From the sequence record DRR723986_4953: 42,488 nucleotides of DNA, one strand, 5' to 3'. The translations under genes and the position numbers were made by a program. The notes beneath the pieces were generated by a model. The model made no database searches. It had not been told where the DNA came from and worked only from the letters and a program-made list of their open reading frames with translations. Of the stretch, positions 17,511-26,973 are shown in pieces (the stretch's first letter is position 1; every line of letters begins with the position of its first letter).

Positions 17511-18398
17511 ATGACGACAGGATCCCCCGCCGCCGAAGTCGACGTCACCGAAGCTTTGGTCCGCAAGCTGCTGCGGGCGCAACACGCAGACCTCGCTGAT
17601 CTGCCCCTCGAATTCGCCGGGGAGGGGTGGGACAATGTGATGGTGCGCCTGGGGGAGGATCTCGTCCTGCGCCTGCCGCGCCGCAGTGTCGCCGACCAGC
17701 TCTTGCGCAATGAACAGCGCTGGCTGCCAGAGCTTGCCCCGCTTCTTCCGCGGCCTGTTCCGGTTCCGCTTCGAACAGGCCGGCCGCAGGATGAATACCC
17801 TTATGCGTGGAGCGTGTTGCACTGGATCGAGGGGGAGACGGCAGACCTGACGCCGCCTGATGCATCAGAAGCGCCCATCCTCGCGCACTTTCTGAAAGCC
17901 CTGCACCAGCTTGCCCCCGACGAGGCGCCGGACAGCGATGTGCGCGGTTGCCCGCTCAGCAACAAGCGGGAGGATACCGAGCGCCGCATGGCGGTGCTCG
18001 CAGCAGAAACGGACGCGATCACGCCAGCAATCCGGCGGGCATGGGACGCGGGGCTGGCGGCGTCGACAGACCTGCCGCGTCTCTGGGTGGCGGGCGACGT
18101 GCACGCACGGAACGTCCTTGTACAGAACGGGAAGTTCGCCGCTTTCATCGATTGGGGAGATCTCTGTGCCGGTGATCCGGCAAGCGACCTCGCCTCAGTC
18201 TGGGGCTTGTTTGAATCTGCGGATGCCCGACGCACGGCCATCGACACCTATGGCATGAGCGATGCGACACTGGCCCGGGCGCGCGGCTGGGCCGTCTTCT
18301 ATGGGGTCATCCTGCTGGAGACGGGCCGGCACGACCATCCCCGCCATGCGAAGATGGGCGCCGACACGCTCCGCAGATTGAGCGCGGACCTTACTTGA
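17511..18398 (+). CDS. Aminoglycoside phosphotransferase family kinase
   Basis: GEGWDN..RLGEDLVLRLPR, GDVHARNVLV, IDWGD, GDPASDL; GGAG SD. Confidence 0.9.
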   Translation: MTTGSPAAEVDVTEALVRKLLRAQHADLADLPLEFAGEGWDNVMVRLGEDLVLRLPRRSVADQLLRNEQRWLPELAPLLPRPVPVPLRTGRPQDEYPYAWSVLHWIEGETADLTPPDASEAPILAHFLKALHQLAPDEAPDSDVRGCPLSNKREDTERRMAVLAAETDAITPAIRRAWDAGLAASTDLPRLWVAGDVHARNVLVQNGKFAAFIDWGDLCAGDPASDLASVWGLFESADARRTAIDTYGMSDATLARARGWAVFYGVILLETGRHDHPRHAKMGADTLRRLSADLT

Positions 18399-19056
18399 TC
18401 ACGCCGCAGGCAACGCGGGCACCAGCCCCGCCGATCGGCTGGGTCATGTGGTCGTCTTCGCCTTCATGGATGATGATGGCTGAGCCGTCATCGGCAACAA
18501 GGGCGCCCAGCGTATCCAGAGTGGTAAAGGCTTCATAGCCGGCCGAGCCGTCCGCGGCCGCCCAGATGTTCGGCAGGTCGCCATTCTCCGGCCCTTTCGG
18601 GTTCAGCAGGCCGTGTCCGCCTTCCATTTTGCCGACATGGCCGCCGGACATCTTGTACATGCCCACATCCGAGCAATCGCCTGTGGCGTGGAGGTGAATG
18701 CCGTGCCAGCCGGGGGCGAGGCTGCCAGGGGCCAGTTCGAGGCGGATCATCAGGCCGTTCGGACCGTCGAGCAGGTTCGCAGACCCGATACTCTGGCCTT
18801 CGAGGCCAATCATGTCGGCCGTTCCACGGGCCATGGTCGGGAAGACGCCGTCGGCCGGGCCCGGCATGTCGGGCATCATGCCCTCGTGGTCCATCATGCC
18901 CTCATGGTCCATCATTTCCATCGGCATGGCGGGTGCGGCGTCTTCTTTGGCTGCGGGAGGAGTCTCGCTACCGGCTTCCTGCGGTGTTGCCTGGGCGACG
19001 CTCGCGCAGGCGCCGAGGGCGATGGCGGATCCGAGAAGGGCAATGCGGCTGATCAT
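18391..19056 (-). CDS. sodC: Cu/Zn superoxide dismutase family lipoprotein
   Basis: Lipobox LGAC; HGIHLH, GGH, GDLPN, IIIH, GARVACGVI. Confidence 0.9.
   Translation of the reverse strand: MISRIALLGSAIALGACASVAQATPQEAGSETPPAAKEDAAPAMPMEMMDHEGMMDHEGMMPDMPGPADGVFPTMARGTADMIGLEGQSIGSANLLDGPNGLMIRLELAPGSLAPGWHGIHLHATGDCSDVGMYKMSGGHVGKMEGGHGLLNPKGPENGDLPNIWAAADGSAGYEAFTTLDTLGALVADDGSAIIIHEGEDDHMTQPIGGAGARVACGVIK
18874..18915. repeat. 18-bp tandem repeat (2.3 copies) encoding MMDHEG
   Basis: CATCATGCCCTCGTGGTC CATCATGCCCTCATGGTC CATCAT. Confidence 0.9.
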
Positions 19057-19123
19057 GGGGAGTCTCCTGTTTACGGGTCTCTGCTATAGCATGCTTCAAA
19101 CGTGTGTCGGGAAGACCTGTTCC

Positions 19124-19855
19124 ATGAAAGATCGTGCAGATCGCCTGCTGGTAACACTTGGCCTGTTCGAAAGCCGCGCCAGTGCCCGCGCAGCCATCGA
19201 AGCAGGCCTTGTCCGCGTGGATGGTGTGCAGGTCACAAAGCCTGCGCAGGACATTTCAGCCGGTTCCGTGATCGAGGCGGACCCGGCCCACCCTTATGTC
19301 TCACGTGGCGGACTGAAACTGGCGCACGGGCTGGAGGCCTTCGGCATCGACCCGTCTGGGCGCTTGTGCCTCGACATCGGCGCCTCGACCGGTGGATTTA
19401 CCGAAGTGCTTCTTCTGAACGGAGCAAGCCATATCACCGCCGTCGATGTCGGACGCGGCCAGTTGCACCCGCGTATTGCGGGAGACACGCGTGTCACCAA
19501 TTACGAGGCGACCGACGCGCGCAGCCTGACAGCGCAGATGCTGCCGGAAGCACTCACACTGCTCGTCTGCGATGCCAGTTTCATCTCGCTCGAAAAGCTG
19601 CTGGAAGTGCCGCTGTCGCTCGCCGCGCCGGGGGCGGATTTCGTCGGCCTGTTCAAGCCGCAATTCCAGGTCGGCCGGGATCATGTGGGCAAGGGCGGCA
19701 TCGTCACGGACATTGCGGCCGCCGATGCCGCGGCAGAGCGGTTTGAAGTCTGGATGAAAGAAAAAGGCTGGCCCATCCATGCCTGGACGGCCAGCCCGAT
19801 TTCTGGCGGCGACGGCAATGCCGAGCGCCTGTTTCATGCGGTGAAGACTCAGTAG
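19124..19855 (+). CDS. tlyA: TlyA family rRNA methyltransferase
   Basis: RADRLLV..SRASA S4 domain; YVSRGGLKL, LDIGASTGGFT, DASFISL, KPQF. Confidence 0.94.
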   Translation: MKDRADRLLVTLGLFESRASARAAIEAGLVRVDGVQVTKPAQDISAGSVIEADPAHPYVSRGGLKLAHGLEAFGIDPSGRLCLDIGASTGGFTEVLLLNGASHITAVDVGRGQLHPRIAGDTRVTNYEATDARSLTAQMLPEALTLLVCDASFISLEKLLEVPLSLAAPGADFVGLFKPQFQVGRDHVGKGGIVTDIAAADAAAERFEVWMKEKGWPIHAWTASPISGGDGNAERLFHAVKTQ

Positions 19856-20610
19856 CCGCCGTAGAGCTCGTCCTCGTCGATGATTTCCCATTCGCCATTA
19901 TAGCCTTCGCGGCAGGCCGTGGCCGGGTCGCGGATCACCTGGCCGTCCGGCAGCGTCACTTCTCGCCAGACGGTGCGGCATTCCTCAGGTTGAGGGGCCG
20001 GCGCCGACGCGCGCGGCGCAGGGGTTTCCGGATAGCTCGGATAAGAAGAGGGGTAGCTTGCCGGTGCGGGCGCTGTCGCGCGCGGATGCGTGCGCAGGTC
20101 CTGCGGCCTGCCATAGAGGCCTTCCGTGGTTTGCGGGATCGAGCCGCCGGAATATTCCGATGCGATATAGGGATAGGCGCCATAGTCGGCGCGGTAGCTG
20201 CCGCCATTGGGCGTGGCCACCTGGCACGGCGTAGCATTGGAGGAGGCCATCGCATTCCCGGCCATGCCGCCGACAATGGCGCCAAGAAGCGCGCCGGCGA
20301 CGACTTCGCCGTCATTGTTGCCCTTGTCCCAATAACCGCGGTGACCATGACGACCGTAGCGGCCACGTCGGTCGTAGCGATTATAGTTCCAGCGGCTGTC
20401 ATTATCGCCGACATTGTTGCCGATCGCGCCGCCCGCCGCTGCGCCAACGATTGCGCCGATCACCGTGCCGGCGGTCTTGTTGTCGCGGTTCTGGCTTTCG
20501 CAGGCCGAATTGTAAGGCGTGCCGTAGCCATAGGCCTGCGCCGACGCCGCGAGGGGGGCGGCGGTGATGGCCGCCAGGGCGATTCCGCCGATCAGAAGAG
20601 ACTTCACCAT
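19849..20610 (-). CDS. Exported glycine-zipper protein
   Basis: AAGGAG SD; signal peptide; GTVIGAIVGAAAGGAIG and GALLGAIVGGMAG; Cys pairs. Confidence 0.82.
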   Translation of the reverse strand: MVKSLLIGGIALAAITAAPLAASAQAYGYGTPYNSACESQNRDNKTAGTVIGAIVGAAAGGAIGNNVGDNDSRWNYNRYDRRGRYGRHGHRGYWDKGNNDGEVVAGALLGAIVGGMAGNAMASSNATPCQVATPNGGSYRADYGAYPYIASEYSGGSIPQTTEGLYGRPQDLRTHPRATAPAPASYPSSYPSYPETPAPRASAPAPQPEECRTVWREVTLPDGQVIRDPATACREGYNGEWEIIDEDELYGGY

Positions 20611-20729
20611 CTCATATTCTCCTTTTCCAGTGGCCGCAGGACCACCAGTCTGAGAGCCACACTGGCAAAGCCAACCTGAACCGGACCTGAAGGCTGGACG
20701 CGCGCCAGTCGTGGCCACATATTCAGGGC

Positions 20730-21803
20730 ATGGGATTGTTCGACCGTGCCGCCCTTGCAGCAGGACGCGCCCGTTACGCGGCGGCGCAGGGCATGCGCTC
20801 GGCCTGGTATGCGGCGCAGATGCGGGCGGCAAAGTCGCGCACGACCGGCTTTTACCGGCCGGATGATCCGGATTTCGCTCCGACACGCGGCAAGCCGGAC
20901 ATGGCGCGGTTGCGCAAGGCCTATTTCGACCTCTTCCTGCAGGACCGGCGAAATGTGGAGGCGGGGCTCTATCCCGCGCCGCGCGATGTGAGTATCGCAC
21001 AGCTTCCCAATGCGTTGAAATCCGCCCGCGCGTTTCAGGCCGATGTCGAAGCGGTCGAGCGCCGCCGGCAGGAACGCAACGGCACGGAAGTGCAGGCGGC
21101 GCTGCCGGAAGGCTCCAATCGCTATCCCGAATACTACCGCCAGAATTTCCACTATCAGTCCGGCGGCTGGTTCAGCGATGACAGTGCAGAGCTTTATGAC
21201 ACGCAGGTCGAGGCGCTGTTCACCGGTACGGCGGAGGCGATGCGCCGCGCAGCGCTGGCCGAGATTGCGCGCGAACTGAAAGGCCGGGACCAGCGAGGCG
21301 TTTCACTGCTGGACGTGGCCTGTGGCAATGGCCGTTTCCTGAAGACGGCGATGAATATCTGGCCGCGCCTGCAGGCGGCAGGACTTGATCTGTCCCCGAA
21401 CTATACGGACGCTGCTCGCAAGCGTCTCGCGCCCTGGCCCCAGGTGGAGGTGTTCCATGAGGCGGCAGAGGCCATGCCGCTGCCCGATGCCTCGCGCGAC
21501 ATCATCGTCTCCATCTTCCTGTTCCATGAGCTTCCGCCGGAAGTGCGCGCGCTGGTGCTGGCGGAGGTCTTCCGTGTACTGAAGCCTGGCGGCCTGTTCG
21601 TGCTGGCGGACAGTGTGCAGTTCGGCGATCATGAGGGTATCGACGGCGTGCTGGAGTATTTCCCGCACGGCTTCCATGAGCCTTACTATAATTCGTACCT
21701 TGCCTGGAATCTTGATTCTGCCGTCGCCGGGCAGGGGTTCCTGAAAGAGCGCGAAACGCTGGCCTTCCTGACAAAAGTCACTACCTGGCGGCGCCCGCTG
21801 TAA
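20730..21803 (+). CDS. Class I SAM-dependent methyltransferase
   Basis: YYRQNFHYQSGG; LLDVACGNG; FLFHELP; RVLKPGG. Confidence 0.92.
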   Translation: MGLFDRAALAAGRARYAAAQGMRSAWYAAQMRAAKSRTTGFYRPDDPDFAPTRGKPDMARLRKAYFDLFLQDRRNVEAGLYPAPRDVSIAQLPNALKSARAFQADVEAVERRRQERNGTEVQAALPEGSNRYPEYYRQNFHYQSGGWFSDDSAELYDTQVEALFTGTAEAMRRAALAEIARELKGRDQRGVSLLDVACGNGRFLKTAMNIWPRLQAAGLDLSPNYTDAARKRLAPWPQVEVFHEAAEAMPLPDASRDIIVSIFLFHELPPEVRALVLAEVFRVLKPGGLFVLADSVQFGDHEGIDGVLEYFPHGFHEPYYNSYLAWNLDSAVAGQGFLKERETLAFLTKVTTWRRPL

Positions 21804-21907
21804 TTCCTGAAAGCCCAATAGACGCAGTAGATCCCGGCCCTTTTCGGTTGGGTTGTCCTGAATCGTGATTTGCGCCGAACACGGAATGACACTATTCTAT
21901 TACTGTT

Positions 21908-21936
21908 GTTACGGAAAAGTGACAGAAAAATAGAGG
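21908..21936 (-). promoter_or_regulatory. Pho-box-like 11-bp-period repeats with downstream TAGAAT
   Basis: Minus strand CCTCTAT-TTTT-CTGTCAC-TTTT-CCGTAAC; TAGAAT at 21899-21894. Confidence 0.45.
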
Positions 21937-21965
21937 TTCCCCACGACACACCGAGGTATCGCGCC

Positions 21966-22142
21966 ATGAGCGTTCTTGACCATTCTTCCCGCGATGCCGC
22001 GCCTTCCCAGCGCGGCGCTTTCGACTCCGGCCGTTGGCCATCCAGCCTTGTGAAATCAGCGTTGCTGATATTCGCTGCAATTCTTGGCACAGCGCTCGCC
22101 ATTGCGCTGGACCCGATCGTGAACATTTTTGCTGAAGGCTGA
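21966..22142 (+). CDS. 58-aa hypothetical protein with one C-terminal TM helix
   Basis: GAGG upstream of ATG 21966; ALLIFAAILGTALAIAL. Confidence 0.6.
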   Translation: MSVLDHSSRDAAPSQRGAFDSGRWPSSLVKSALLIFAAILGTALAIALDPIVNIFAEG

Positions 22143-22159
22143 GGCCTCAACCCTTTTCC

Positions 22160-23215
22160 CTAGAAAACCGGTAGCCGCCCCGTGCCGAGGAACGGCATGG
22201 CGAAGGCAAGCGCGATGGAGATGATGAGGCCGAAGAAGGCGCGCGCGGCATCGCCTGTCACGTCGCGCACCGCTTCGCCCTTGTCGCGCAGACCGGCAAT
22301 GTAGGAGATCGCAAGCTCCCGTCCGGCCAGAAGGCCCAGAAACACCCAGGTCGTGCTCATCGGCACGTTGTTGATCTCCTTGAAGAACAAGAGGACCAGC
22401 GCATAGATCAGGTCCACCACGGTGGCGGCCCGCACATCGATCGTGTTCACCTTGCGCTCCACGATGCGCTGGATCTGGCCGCCTTTGGTGGCGAAGATGT
22501 AGCCTTGGATCAAGACGAGCAAGGCTGTGCCGAGGAGAACCGCAACCGGGCCAAAACTGACCGCGGTCTCTCCGTCCGCCATGGTGACGTGCCGGGGCAG
22601 GTAGATGAAGATATTGGCCAGATCCTGCATCAGCCATTGCGACCAGAGGAAAGCGGTCGTGATCCACTGGAAGATCACCCAGTATGGCCAGGGGAGCTCT
22701 TCGCGCGTGTGAAACACCCAGCGTTCGAACGTGTGGGAAATCACAACCCAGATCAGAATGCCGACGCCGAAGGCCACGATGTAGCCCATGGCAGATTTAA
22801 CCAGCATACTGGTCAGCACACCACTGGTTGCCGCTCCGCCTGATAGCGCGAAAAGTGTCAGCACAAGGAAGGTCGTGGAAACCGGAATCCCAAAGCGCGT
22901 GACCACCAGAAGGATCAGCGGTGGCAATGCGTGCCACCATTGAATGCCGGGTTGCAGCACCCCGCTGCGATTGCCTTCACCCGGTAGCACACTCAGCTTG
23001 TCAAGGCGCTCATAGGCGATATCCCCGGCGCCGTGGAAATAACCATAGGCAATCGTGGCGACCATGACGCCGGATGCGAAGCCCCACAATGCCCACCAGG
23101 GCAAGCGCTTGTTGGAAGAGATGAACGTGCCGAGCGTCTGGATCGAGTCATTCGCCACAACAGCATAGGCGGCCAGCATAAAGCCCAGCACGCCGAAAAT
23201 TTCCAAGCTACCCAT
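22160..23215 (-). CDS. Multi-pass membrane protein, PiT (phosphate transporter)-like
   Basis: ANDSIQT and QDLAN repeats plus PVSTT/PMSTT resemble the twin PiT signatures (GANDVAN, PVSTT). Confidence 0.7.
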   Translation of the reverse strand: MGSLEIFGVLGFMLAAYAVVANDSIQTLGTFISSNKRLPWWALWGFASGVMVATIAYGYFHGAGDIAYERLDKLSVLPGEGNRSGVLQPGIQWWHALPPLILLVVTRFGIPVSTTFLVLTLFALSGGAATSGVLTSMLVKSAMGYIVAFGVGILIWVVISHTFERWVFHTREELPWPYWVIFQWITTAFLWSQWLMQDLANIFIYLPRHVTMADGETAVSFGPVAVLLGTALLVLIQGYIFATKGGQIQRIVERKVNTIDVRAATVVDLIYALVLLFFKEINNVPMSTTWVFLGLLAGRELAISYIAGLRDKGEAVRDVTGDAARAFFGLIISIALAFAMPFLGTGRLPVF

Positions 23216-23309
23216 AGTCCGCCCAGTTTCCGTCCGGTATCCTGTCAGCCCCGTACTGATGGTTACTGCTTGGTTAGCAGGTGCAGCAGCCGGTGCCGAT
23301 AGAAGCTTT

Positions 23310-23327
23310 GTGAATTAAACGTGACAG
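23310..23327 (-). promoter_or_regulatory. Putative Pho box upstream of the PiT-like gene
   Basis: Minus strand CTGTCAC-GTTT-AATTCAC, ~95 bp before the ATG. Confidence 0.5.
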
Positions 23328-23529
23328 CATGGTGGCGGCGTTGCGGCGTAGGGGCGGGCAAGATGTTTTGCCACTCAAATTTCAGTAAATTACCTAGGTT
23401 TCACAAAGTGTTGTGACGCCGCCACAGGCGGATCACAGCATCTGAAGATGGTGTTTCCGTAAGCTTCTTTCCGGCTGAAACGGGCCTAGTTCATGCCCAC
23501 GCAATCTTGCGGACATAGGAGTAAAAACC

Positions 23530-24027
23530 ATGAAACTTGCACTCGCTTCGCTCGCCGCCATCGCTGTTGTGGCGCCCGCCTTCGCTGAAGGAAACATCGA
23601 ACTCGGTGCCGGCTACTCGCACTTCGACGCCGACGGTGCGAACCTCGACGCACTCACCGCACGCGGCACCTATTTCTTCAACCCGCATGTCGGCGTGGAA
23701 GGGGAAGCCTCGATTGGTATCGGCGATGACCAGGTTGGCGCTGCCAATGTGGAACTCGACAATTCGCTGGCAGCCTTCGGTGTCGTCCAGATGCCGGTCG
23801 CCGAACGCGTCGACCTGTTCGCCCGCGCCGGTTACGCCAGCAATGACTACAATGTCGATGTCCCGGGCCTCGGCAGTGCATCCGGCAGCGACGATGGCTT
23901 TGCTTACGGCGTCGGCGGCAAGGTCTATCTGAACGACCGCTTCGGCGTGCGCGCAGACGTCACCCGCTATGAGGGCGACGACACCGATGCCGACGTGATC
24001 GCCATTGGCGGCATCATGAAATTCTAG
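23530..24027 (+). CDS. Outer-membrane beta-barrel (porin family) protein
   Basis: AGGAG SD; signal peptide ending AFA; alternating beta-strand pattern; C-terminal Phe. Confidence 0.9.
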   Translation: MKLALASLAAIAVVAPAFAEGNIELGAGYSHFDADGANLDALTARGTYFFNPHVGVEGEASIGIGDDQVGAANVELDNSLAAFGVVQMPVAERVDLFARAGYASNDYNVDVPGLGSASGSDDGFAYGVGGKVYLNDRFGVRADVTRYEGDDTDADVIAIGGIMKF

Positions 24028-24056
24028 GCTTCCCACCTCTCCAACGGGAATACACT

Positions 24057-24089
24057 GTCCCCGGTGCTGCGGCGCCGGGGACTTTTTTT
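24057..24089 (+). terminator. Rho-independent terminator
   Basis: GTCCCCGGTGC-TGCG-GCGCCGGGGAC followed by T7. Confidence 0.88.
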
Positions 24090-24097
24090 GGGGGAGA

Positions 24098-25201
24098 TCA
24101 GTTTCCGGTCTGGCCGCGGTGGCGCAGTTTCTGGTCGGCCAGCACGCAGGCCATCATGGCCTCGGCCACCGGCACAGCACGGATACCGACGCACGGGTCG
24201 TGGCGGCCCTTGGTGCGCACATCCACATTCTCGCCGTCGCGCGTGACGGACCGGACTTCGTTCAGGATGGAAGAGGTGGGCTTGATGGCGATGCGGACGA
24301 TCAAATCCTGGCCGGTGGAGATGCCACCCGCCACGCCGCCATTATTGTTCGACAGGAAGAGGGGACCGTCATTGCCCGCGCGCATCTGGTCGGCATTCTC
24401 TTCGCCGGAGAGGGATGCTGCGCCAAAGCCTGCGCCGACCTCAACGCCTTTCACGGCATTGATGCTCATCATCGCGCCGGCGAGTTCCCCGTCCAGCTTG
24501 CCATAGATGGGCGCGCCCCAGCCGGCGGGGACGCCGCTGGCCTGCACTTCCACGATGGCGCCGGTGGAGCTGCCCGCTTTGCGGGTGGCGTCCAGGAAGT
24601 CTTCCCATTTGGGGACCATGTCCGCGTCAGGGCACCAGAAGGGATTGTCCTCGACGATGTCCCAGTTCCAGTTCTCGCGGTTGATCGCATGCGGGCCGAT
24701 CTGGACCACGGCGCCGCGGATCACGATGCCGTCGCCCAGCGCGCGGCGGGCCACAGCGCCGGCGGCAACGCGCGCAGCGGTTTCGCGGGCAGAGGAGCGT
24801 CCGCCGCCGCGATAGTCGCGCACGCCATATTTGGCATCATAGGGATAGTCGGCATGGCCGGGCCGGTAGCGGTCGCGGATCTCGCTATAATCCTTGGAAC
24901 GCTGGTCGGTGTTCTCGATCATCAGCGAGATGGGCGTGCCGGTCGTGACCGGGCCGCCGAATTCTTCAAGTGTCCGGTCGTCTTCGAAGACGCCGGAGAG
25001 AATCTTCACCGCATCCGGCTCCTGGCGCTGCGTAACGAAGCGCGAGGTGCCGGGGCGGCGTTTGTCCAGGAATTGCTGGATGAAGGCTTCATCCAGCGGC
25101 AGGCCGGGCGGGCAGCCATCGACCACACATCCGAGGGCCGGCCCGTGGCTTTCGCCCCAGGTCGTTACACGGAAGAGGTGGCCGAACGTGTTGTGAGACA
25201 T
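24098..25201 (-). CDS. aroC: Chorismate synthase
   Basis: [32 protein letters not shown]. Confidence 0.98.
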   Translation of the reverse strand: MSHNTFGHLFRVTTWGESHGPALGCVVDGCPPGLPLDEAFIQQFLDKRRPGTSRFVTQRQEPDAVKILSGVFEDDRTLEEFGGPVTTGTPISLMIENTDQRSKDYSEIRDRYRPGHADYPYDAKYGVRDYRGGGRSSARETAARVAAGAVARRALGDGIVIRGAVVQIGPHAINRENWNWDIVEDNPFWCPDADMVPKWEDFLDATRKAGSSTGAIVEVQASGVPAGWGAPIYGKLDGELAGAMMSINAVKGVEVGAGFGAASLSGEENADQMRAGNDGPLFLSNNNGGVAGGISTGQDLIVRIAIKPTSSILNEVRSVTRDGENVDVRTKGRHDPCVGIRAVPVAEAMMACVLADQKLRHRGQTGN

Positions 25202-25227
25202 GGCTGCCCTTGAAGGCCGTTCGCCGC

Positions 25228-26208
25228 TTAGCTGAACAGGTGTTCGACGGCGGCGCGTTCTTCACGCAGTTCGGCGTCGGTGGCATCCATCTTGGCGCGC
25301 GAGAAGTCGTTGATCTGGAGGCCCTGCACGATCTCGTATTTGCCGTCCTTGCAGGTGCACGGATAGCCGTAGATCACGCCCGGTTCGATGCCGTAGGAGC
25401 CGTCCGACGGAATGCCCATGGACACCCATTCGCCTTCCGGCGTGCCGAGGGCCCAGCTGCGCATGTGGTCGATGGCGGCCGAGGCAGCCGAAGCGGCAGA
25501 GGAGGCGCCACGCGCCTTGATGATGGCCGCGCCGCGCTGCTGCACGTCCGGTATGAAGGTGTCGGTGTACCAGACATCGTCGACCATCGGCTTGGCGGCT
25601 GCGCCTTTGACGGTGGCGTGGTGGATGTCCGGATACTGGGTGGCCGAGTGGTTGCCCCAGATGATGACGTTCTTGATGTCGGTGTTGTGCGTGCCGGTCT
25701 TCTCAGCCAGCTGGCTCATCGCACGGTTATGGTCGAGGCGGACCATGGCGGTGAAGCATTTCGGATCGAGGTCCGGTGCGTTCTGCTGGGCGATGAGGGC
25801 GTTGGTGTTCGCCGGGTTGCCGACAACGAGCACTTTAACATCGCGCGAGGCATGATCATTGATGGCCTTGCCCTGCGGGCCGAAGATGCCGCCGTTTGCG
25901 GACAGGAGGTCCTTGCGCTCCATACCCTGCTTGCGCGGCATGGCGCCGACGAGGAGGCAGAAGTCGGCGTCCTTGAAGGCAACGTTCGGATCGTCGGTGG
26001 CCACGATGTTGTTCAGCAGCGGGAAGGCGCAGTCTTTCAGCTCCATGATCACGCCTTCAAGCGCGCCGAGGGCCGGGGTTATTTCGAGCAGCTGCAGGTC
26101 GACCGGCTGGTCCGGTCCAAGCATGTCGCCGGCGGCGATGCGGAAGAGGAGGGCGTAGCCGATCTGGCCAGCGGCACCAGTGACGGAAACTTTGACAGGC
26201 TGTTTCAC
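25228..26208 (-). CDS. mdh: Malate dehydrogenase (cytosolic-like, MDH type 2)
   Basis: GTG 26208; [52 protein letters not shown]. Confidence 0.96.
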   Translation of the reverse strand: MKQPVKVSVTGAAGQIGYALLFRIAAGDMLGPDQPVDLQLLEITPALGALEGVIMELKDCAFPLLNNIVATDDPNVAFKDADFCLLVGAMPRKQGMERKDLLSANGGIFGPQGKAINDHASRDVKVLVVGNPANTNALIAQQNAPDLDPKCFTAMVRLDHNRAMSQLAEKTGTHNTDIKNVIIWGNHSATQYPDIHHATVKGAAAKPMVDDVWYTDTFIPDVQQRGAAIIKARGASSAASAASAAIDHMRSWALGTPEGEWVSMGIPSDGSYGIEPGVIYGYPCTCKDGKYEIVQGLQINDFSRAKMDATDAELREERAAVEHLFS

Positions 26209-26323
26209 GAGGGAGGGTCCTTCTTGCAGAGCTGAATTCTGTGGCCTCCACATGGCGAATTTGTCGCCGGAGGGCAAGCCGTGCTGCGCGGATGCCGCAG
26301 GTTAACCGCCTGATCAGCCGCGA

Positions 26324-26842
26324 TTATTCCGCTTCGACCGGCGGATAATACCAGATCCGGCGGATCGCCCCCTCACCGGTGACCTGATAGACGGTCAGGC
26401 GCTGCTGCACATCAGGCATGCCGTCCGGCCCGTTGCGGCGGCTGGTTTCGATGGCGGTGACATAGTCGTCCAGCTGGCTCCAGCCGGTCAGTTCCAGCAC
26501 CGGCGTGTCCTCATCTTCGATATGTTCCAGCCAGTGGGAGACGATGACCCAGTAGCCTTCGGAGACCATATCCGTGCCGGAGGCGGTCACTTCCATGATC
26601 TGGATACCGGGATGCAGGAGGCTTTCCATCCGGTCGACGTCGCGCGCATTGAACGCGCCGGTATATTGCTCGACGACCGACAGCGGGTCGATCTCGACCA
26701 TCGACCCGTCCACAGGCTCTCCGAAGGGGGCATTGATGACTGGCTGCGCCATTGCGGCGCCCAAGGCGGTGATCGGGGCGGTGATCGGGGCGACCCCTGA
26801 GGCGGTCAGCGCCAGCAAGGCGGCAAGGATCAGTTTCTGCAT
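26324..26842 (-). CDS. Exported NTF2/SnoaL-like protein
   Basis: Signal peptide; VVEQYTGAFNARDVDRM..LHP..IRRIWY; 12-bp tandem duplication (PITA x2) at 26765-26788. Confidence 0.78.
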   Translation of the reverse strand: MQKLILAALLALTASGVAPITAPITALGAAMAQPVINAPFGEPVDGSMVEIDPLSVVEQYTGAFNARDVDRMESLLHPGIQIMEVTASGTDMVSEGYWVIVSHWLEHIEDEDTPVLELTGWSQLDDYVTAIETSRRNGPDGMPDVQQRLTVYQVTGEGAIRRIWYYPPVEAE

Positions 26843-26973
26843 GGCGGCGGACTCCCTCTATGCTTTCCCCCCTTGCGTATACGGGGATCGCCGGAGTGTC
26901 ACCTTAGCGCGGTTCCTCTAACCGGCAGGCACGCCTATATTGGTGAATTCAGGATCTGACCCCAGAGGGCCCC

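Noticed and set aside
17511-18398. Acquired aminoglycoside resistance gene
   Set aside because: Generic chromosomal APH-fold kinase with host-like codons and no mobile context
23401-23416. TCACA-N6-TGTGA dyad upstream of the porin as a CRP site
   Set aside because: Half-sites are inverted relative to TGTGA-N6-TCACA; a single occurrence cannot be assigned to a regulator
26765-26788. 12-bp tandem repeat as a phase-variation site
   Set aside because: In-frame two-copy duplication in a signal/linker region; copy changes would not shift the frame
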